Below are positions 24,601 through 28,727 of a stretch of 28,727 nucleotides of DNA, one piece after another (the first letter of the stretch is position 1; every line of letters begins with the position of its first letter). The notes under the pieces are model-generated. The model had not been told where the DNA came from, did not search any database, and saw only the letters and a list, made by a program, of their open reading frames with translations. Made by a program: the position numbers and the translations under genes. Origin of the DNA: a virus (lineage: Duplodnaviria; Caudoviricetes). The stretch is from IMG/VR virus record IMGVR_UViG_3300024996_000123, positions 1-28,727 of that record. The stretch is one strand, 5' to 3'.

Positions 24601-24849
24601 TCAAAACAAACGCATCTGTCCCGGCAGGTCGGCCGGCTCGGCCGGCTTCGCGCGCCGCGACTTGAGCCCGAGTTGGAAGCGGACCTCGGTCAACCAGACC
24701 TTGTACAGCCACCCGTGGGCGCACCAGTAGGGCTTGCGGCGTCGGACGGCCGTCTCCAGGTCCTTGCCGGTCAACCCTCGCGATTCGGCGTCCTCAATGG
24801 CCTCGGCGACGATCGGCGCGACGTCGTCTCGCCACGTCCGGCGAGCCAT
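24601..24849 (-). CDS. Hypothetical protein with C-terminal clamp-binding-like motif (82 aa)
   Basis: GGAGGTG RBS; ends PGQMRLF. Confidence 0.75.
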   Translation of the reverse strand: MARRTWRDDVAPIVAEAIEDAESRGLTGKDLETAVRRRKPYWCAHGWLYKVWLTEVRFQLGLKSRRAKPAEPADLPGQMRLF

Positions 24850-24944
24850 CAGTCACCTCCCCGCAACCGGGCGAAGTAGTAGATCACGAGCCCCACCGCC
24901 GGCCCGTACTGAAGGCACAGCAGCGCGAAGACAAACCCTTTCAC
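24849..24944 (-). CDS. 31-aa membrane microprotein MKGFVFALLCLQYGPAVGLVIYYFARLRGGD
   Basis: Not in the ORF track; GTGA overlap upstream, TGATG overlap downstream, AAGGGGG RBS. Confidence 0.6.
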   Translation of the reverse strand: MKGFVFALLCLQYGPAVGLVIYYFARLRGGD

Positions 24945-25156
24945 GGCTGGCCCCCTTCCGGCGTCGTCCACACTCCCTGACGTCTCAGATTCAGATCCCA
25001 GAGCTTCGTGGTCATCCGCCCGAGAATCTCGCCGCTTTCCGTTTGCCAGTAAACGAAAGCCGCATCATGGCGAACGCATGTGACCACATGGTCTTCATCG
25101 AAGAACCGCATCACGAGCTTCGACCCGAACCGCCTTCGGTAGTCTTCCAGATTCAC
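24941..25156 (-). CDS. Hypothetical protein (71 aa)
   Basis: GGGAGGG RBS, GTGA overlaps on both ends. Confidence 0.7.
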   Translation of the reverse strand: MNLEDYRRRFGSKLVMRFFDEDHVVTCVRHDAAFVYWQTESGEILGRMTTKLWDLNLRRQGVWTTPEGGQP

Positions 25157-25443
25157 GACCCTCCCCCTTCCTCGTCCGCCGCCGCCAACCGCCAGTGGGT
25201 CGGCGCGTCGGAGACTCGGGTGGACTTACCCTGGACGTACCACTCCTCCGGCTCGTACCAGTGGGGACCGAATCGAACCAGCTTGCGGGGCACGCTCACG
25301 GATCCGTCGACCTGGTCGACCATCGTCCAAACCACCACGCCCCAAGGCGCCGTGTCCGCCGCCCTCCAATCGCTTTCGTCCCAGAGCCCGGGGCTTTCGG
25401 TCACGTCCCGGAACTCACGGTCCAAACGCCTTCGCTCGCTCAC
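25153..25443 (-). CDS. Hypothetical protein (96 aa), DUF551-like
   Basis: WR..DTAP...PTHWR motifs typical of small phage DUF551-type proteins; coupled overlaps. Confidence 0.65.
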   Translation of the reverse strand: MSERRRLDREFRDVTESPGLWDESDWRAADTAPWGVVVWTMVDQVDGSVSVPRKLVRFGPHWYEPEEWYVQGKSTRVSDAPTHWRLAAADEEGGGS

Positions 25444-25748
25444 AGATCACCCCCTTCCGCCGCCCGGAACGCCGTCAAGTCGGGAAGATCCGAATCATCA
25501 CCGCCAGACCGATCGCACTTCGCCATGAGCGAGGTCCGGCTCTCTCCCCGAACGTGCCGCGCATGCCATTTCAACAACTCACCAACCTGCGTCAGTTGAT
25601 GTAAAGGCAAGTACATCGGCAGGTTGAGCATGATGCTGACGATTCTGTCTTCAGCCTCGGTGCGCCATTGCTCCGTGTGGCGGACGCCGGAATCCCGGAA
25701 GATCTGATGCACGGCCGCGATCTTTTGATCTCGCAACGACGGCATCAT
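25440..25748 (-). CDS. Hypothetical protein (102 aa)
   Basis: ATGA overlap, GAAGGAGGG RBS. Confidence 0.7.
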   Translation of the reverse strand: MMPSLRDQKIAAVHQIFRDSGVRHTEQWRTEAEDRIVSIMLNLPMYLPLHQLTQVGELLKWHARHVRGESRTSLMAKCDRSGGDDSDLPDLTAFRAAEGGDL

Positions 25749-27214
25749 TGCCCTCCTTCCGCGTCTCGGATCGACCCCGCCACGTCCACGGGATCGCCGA
25801 CGCCCCAGAGGGTCCGCCCGGTGCGGGCGGATACCGTCACGATCACGCCGACGCCCGGCGTGCCGTCGCCGGCGGCGCCGCGGTCGGCGATCCAAAAGTG
25901 GAGGTAGGGCCGCTTGAGCATGCCCACGGCCGGGACGGTCGGGGCGTAGCGGGCGACGGGCTCGACGCGGCCGTCGCCGTGGACCGTCAGGTCGACGTAG
26001 CCGGAGACCCGATCCACCGGCAGTCGCGACCGCGACGGCGAGGCGTCCGCCCACCCGGTCGCGTCGATCACCGCCCCCGCCAACTCCAGCCCCAGCCCGT
26101 CGGCCGCCGGAGCCGGCCGCGGCCGAATCAGGTAGCGGGAGTTGACCACCGGGGCGTTCAAGCGCCACGACTCGCACTCCGTCGACCACTCGTCGGGCTC
26201 GTCGACCTCACCGTCAGTATCGTCGTCCAGCCCGTTGTAACCCTCGTCGATCCACCCGTCGTCATCGTCGTCGAACCCGTTGACCAGCAGCAGCCAATCG
26301 GCCCAGCCGTCGCCCCTGTCCAGCCCCGTGCCCAGGCCCGGCCCGTAGTTGACGAACCCCTCGGGATTGGCCTCCACGACCGGCCCGCACACCGTGTAGA
26401 CCTTGCCGGCAAGCTCCACCCGGTCTCCCAGCCTCACCCGCCACGCCCAGGACGTCGGCTCGTTGGGGGCTCGAAAGCCCCCCTCGTCGTAGGCCACCTC
26501 CTGCTCCAGGACCAAGGCCCGCGTCCCCAGCGCCGGGAACCCGGCGGGGAAGGTGCTTCGGATCGAAACCCGCCCGTCCTGGATCGCGTCGGGCCGCTCC
26601 AGCGGCACCACCCGCGAGTAGGCCAGCGGCGCCGTCGGATCGACCGACCCGTCGGCAAGCCGCTTGATGGGGAACGCGGCGTCGGGCACCAGCCGGAGCC
26701 CCGCCACGCCGTCCCGCTGGGCCCTCGCCGTCGCCGCCGCCAGCTCGCCTTGCAGCAACCTCGCCGCGCGTCCGGCCGCGTCGCGGCCCGTCGCCTCCAG
26801 CACGACGGGGAGCGCCGCCACGGCGATGATCCCGACGATCGCCAGCACGGCCAGCAACTCGATCAGCGTGAACCCCCGGGGGATCGTCCGGTACTTGGAC
26901 TCCCCCAGACACGCGGTCGCCGCCGTCGCGGCGTCGTCCCTCCCCGGACCACCCGTCAGTTTGCGGTAACACCCGGCGCAGTAGTCCCGCGGGCCCTGGC
27001 CGGCGATCAGCGTCTTGCCGACCCGCCACTGAAGACACCACGCCCGGAACCGCAGCGCGTCCTCCTGGTCATCAACCTGATCGACCCGACACTCCCGAGT
27101 GATCGACGTCCCGCACGAGTCGCACGCCAGCGACACCGAAACCCGGTCGTCGTCCTCCAACGGCCGCCGCCAGTTGGAATCCGCCTCGCAACACAGCACG
27201 ACATAGGTACTCAT
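25745..27214 (-). CDS. Zinc-finger domain fused to a type IV prepilin/pseudopilin (FimT/GspH-like) protein (489 aa)
   Basis: AAGGGAGG RBS at ATG 27214; CDSCG...YCAGC in residues 1-90; RG|FTLIELLAVLAIVGIIAVAALP cleavage/methylation motif at residue 114/115; AARLLQGELAAATARA helix; two NGxDDDxDGxxDE acidic repeats. Confidence 0.85.
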   Translation of the reverse strand: MSTYVVLCCEADSNWRRPLEDDDRVSVSLACDSCGTSITRECRVDQVDDQEDALRFRAWCLQWRVGKTLIAGQGPRDYCAGCYRKLTGGPGRDDAATAATACLGESKYRTIPRGFTLIELLAVLAIVGIIAVAALPVVLEATGRDAAGRAARLLQGELAAATARAQRDGVAGLRLVPDAAFPIKRLADGSVDPTAPLAYSRVVPLERPDAIQDGRVSIRSTFPAGFPALGTRALVLEQEVAYDEGGFRAPNEPTSWAWRVRLGDRVELAGKVYTVCGPVVEANPEGFVNYGPGLGTGLDRGDGWADWLLLVNGFDDDDDGWIDEGYNGLDDDTDGEVDEPDEWSTECESWRLNAPVVNSRYLIRPRPAPAADGLGLELAGAVIDATGWADASPSRSRLPVDRVSGYVDLTVHGDGRVEPVARYAPTVPAVGMLKRPYLHFWIADRGAAGDGTPGVGVIVTVSARTGRTLWGVGDPVDVAGSIRDAEGGQ

Positions 27215-27249
27215 CGACGCATCCTCCCTTCCCGCGTTCGAACCGGACC

Positions 27250-27606
27250 TCAGTACCGCCCCGCCGCCACGTCCCGCAGGTAGGCCCACAGCACGGGCCA
27301 CCAGCCCTCGCGGACCCCGCGGCGGATGACCGCCTCCACGAGCACGAACCAGGTCGCCCCGGCGAGGAACACGACGTCCGCCGACAGCCGTTCCGACCAC
27401 CAGGCCCACGCCGCCGCGAGGGCCTCGCGAGCGCGGGCCGATCGGTCGTGATAGGGCCCCGGCGCCCCGTCGTCGGCGACGAACCGCTCGGGACCGTCAA
27501 CCCGGTCGATGGCGATCCCCGGCCTGGCCGGGCAGTGCTTGGGCAGCACCAGGTGGAGCGCGAAAGCCGGCGGATAGAGCGCCAATCGGATCAAGGCTCG
27601 CTTCAT
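27250..27606 (-). CDS. Hypothetical membrane-associated protein (118 aa)
   Basis: GGAG RBS; hydrophobic Trp-rich segments. Confidence 0.6.
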   Translation of the reverse strand: MKRALIRLALYPPAFALHLVLPKHCPARPGIAIDRVDGPERFVADDGAPGPYHDRSARAREALAAAWAWWSERLSADVVFLAGATWFVLVEAVIRRGVREGWWPVLWAYLRDVAAGRY

Positions 27607-27630
27607 GTCACGGTCTCCGGATAAGAGCCG

Positions 27631-27659
27631 GAGCCGCGGCGGAACCCCCGCCGCGGCTC
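27631..27659. terminator. Stem-loop downstream of the tyrosine recombinase
   Basis: 12-bp perfect stem GAGCCGCGGCGG/CCGCCGCGGCTC, 5-nt loop; no clear U-tract. Confidence 0.45.
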
Positions 27660-27698
27660 GCGGCGAGGGTCAGTTGACGGGAACGGTCGGCCGGCGCT

Positions 27699-28727
27699 TC
27701 AGGACGCGCGGCGCTTGCGGAAGGAGAAGGGCGACCTGGGCGACTTGCGCCCCAGGTGAAAGCCGATCTTCCGCTCCCGCTTCGCGCCATCGTCGGCGCG
27801 ATCCGGGTTGAAGCTGATCTTCCGACCGAGCTTCGCGAGGTTGGCGAGGTCGGCGTGGCGATAGAGGGCCGAAGTCGAGGGTTTCGTGTGCCTCAACACG
27901 CGCTGGATTTGCGCGTCCGAAAGGCCCCAGAGCGTTTCGGCGTGAGTCGCCCACGAATGTCGAAGGATCTGCCAGGTGACTTCGCCGGTCACCTCGGCCG
28001 CCACCGCCGCCGCTTGAAGCGCGTCGATCGGACGCCGGCCGGGACCGCCGCCGTGCCAGACCTTGGCCCCTCGCACGCCCGGCCACAGCCACTCGCCGTC
28101 GCCGACGCGCGGGGCCCAATCCGCCAGGATCGACGCCAGCTCCGGCGGCATCGGGACGGGCAACCCGGACCCCACCGTCTTGAGCGGTCGCTCCGGGATG
28201 TCCCGAAGCCAGATCACGCCGCGCGTCGGGTCCAAGTCCTGGACGCGCAGGAACAGCCCCTCGTCGCGCCGGACACCCGTGTACGCGATGGTTGACACTA
28301 GCGCGTACAAGCGTCGATCCCACCACTCTCCGGGCGCCCCGGCCCTGCGCTCCAGGTGGGTGAGCAGCTTGACCACCTCGGCCCATGGCAGGTGCCGGGG
28401 GTCGTCGTCGATCGGGATCTTCGGCTTGAGGAGCCGCCAGTTGGGCGGACGCTCGGCATAGCCCTCCGTGATCGCGTAGGACACGGCCGATCGGATCACG
28501 CTGATTTGACCGGCGACCGTATGCGGGGCGCGATCGGCGCAATGGTCGGCCCGCCATCGCGCCACGGCCTCGGTGGTGACTTCCGCCGTCGTCGCGACGC
28601 CGGACTCCTCCAATTCGCGGAGGAGTTGATCGAACTTCTGCACCGTACTGGCACTCATTTCGAGTTGCCGATACACTCGGGTGATCCGCTCCCGAAACTC
28701 GGCGAGCGGTAAGGGATTGGTCGGCAT
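27699..28727 (-). CDS. Tyrosine recombinase/integrase (XerC/D-like, 342 aa)
   Basis: YTGVRRDE (Arg I), LKT (Lys), QILRHSWAT (HxxR variant), LRH, LY (Tyr); core-binding N-domain, no arm-binding domain. Confidence 0.92.
   Translation of the reverse strand: MPTNPLPLAEFRERITRVYRQLEMSASTVQKFDQLLRELEESGVATTAEVTTEAVARWRADHCADRAPHTVAGQISVIRSAVSYAITEGYAERPPNWRLLKPKIPIDDDPRHLPWAEVVKLLTHLERRAGAPGEWWDRRLYALVSTIAYTGVRRDEGLFLRVQDLDPTRGVIWLRDIPERPLKTVGSGLPVPMPPELASILADWAPRVGDGEWLWPGVRGAKVWHGGGPGRRPIDALQAAAVAAEVTGEVTWQILRHSWATHAETLWGLSDAQIQRVLRHTKPSTSALYRHADLANLAKLGRKISFNPDRADDGAKRERKIGFHLGRKSPRSPFSFRKRRAS

Larger units (their letters stand above)
1..28727. mobile_element. Temperate HK97-type siphovirus prophage/phage region (boundaries not visible)
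   Basis: Complete colinear packaging-head-tail module (HNH, TerS, TerL, portal, protease, capsid, connectors, tail tube, chaperones, tape measure) plus recombinases, regulators and a replication gene; no host housekeeping genes in the window. Confidence 0.95.

Noticed and set aside
24362-24601. Alternative ORF MLTEVTDG... overlapping the Zn-finger gene
   Set aside because: No RBS; the competing frame has GGAGGTG and paired CxxC motifs

Overview
High-GC window that is almost entirely one temperate siphovirus (prophage or phage contig), transcribed mostly on the minus strand. Read right to left: tyrosine recombinase; small early/middle genes, including a zinc-finger domain fused to a type IV prepilin-like protein; an oppositely oriented 2.8 kb cassette (degenerate serine recombinase, intact serine recombinase, HTH, orphan DNA methyltransferase, small ORF) bounded by 11-bp direct repeats; holin-like gene; HNH-TerS-TerL-portal-protease-HK97 capsid; head-tail and tail genes; tape measure; four small tail-tip genes (two Cys-rich); two terminators enclosing a candidate sRNA; a regulatory block (XRE, YjzC-like, two RHH-like, RelE-like toxin plus XRE antitoxin); and a DnaB_N/DUF3987 replication protein. 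The pilin and TA proteins resemble Planctomycetota families, so a planctomycete host is inferred but not proven. No endolysin, rRNA, tRNA or CRISPR array was seen. All family calls come from motif recognition and synteny, not database searches. Many start sites were re-chosen from RBS and stop/start overlaps.
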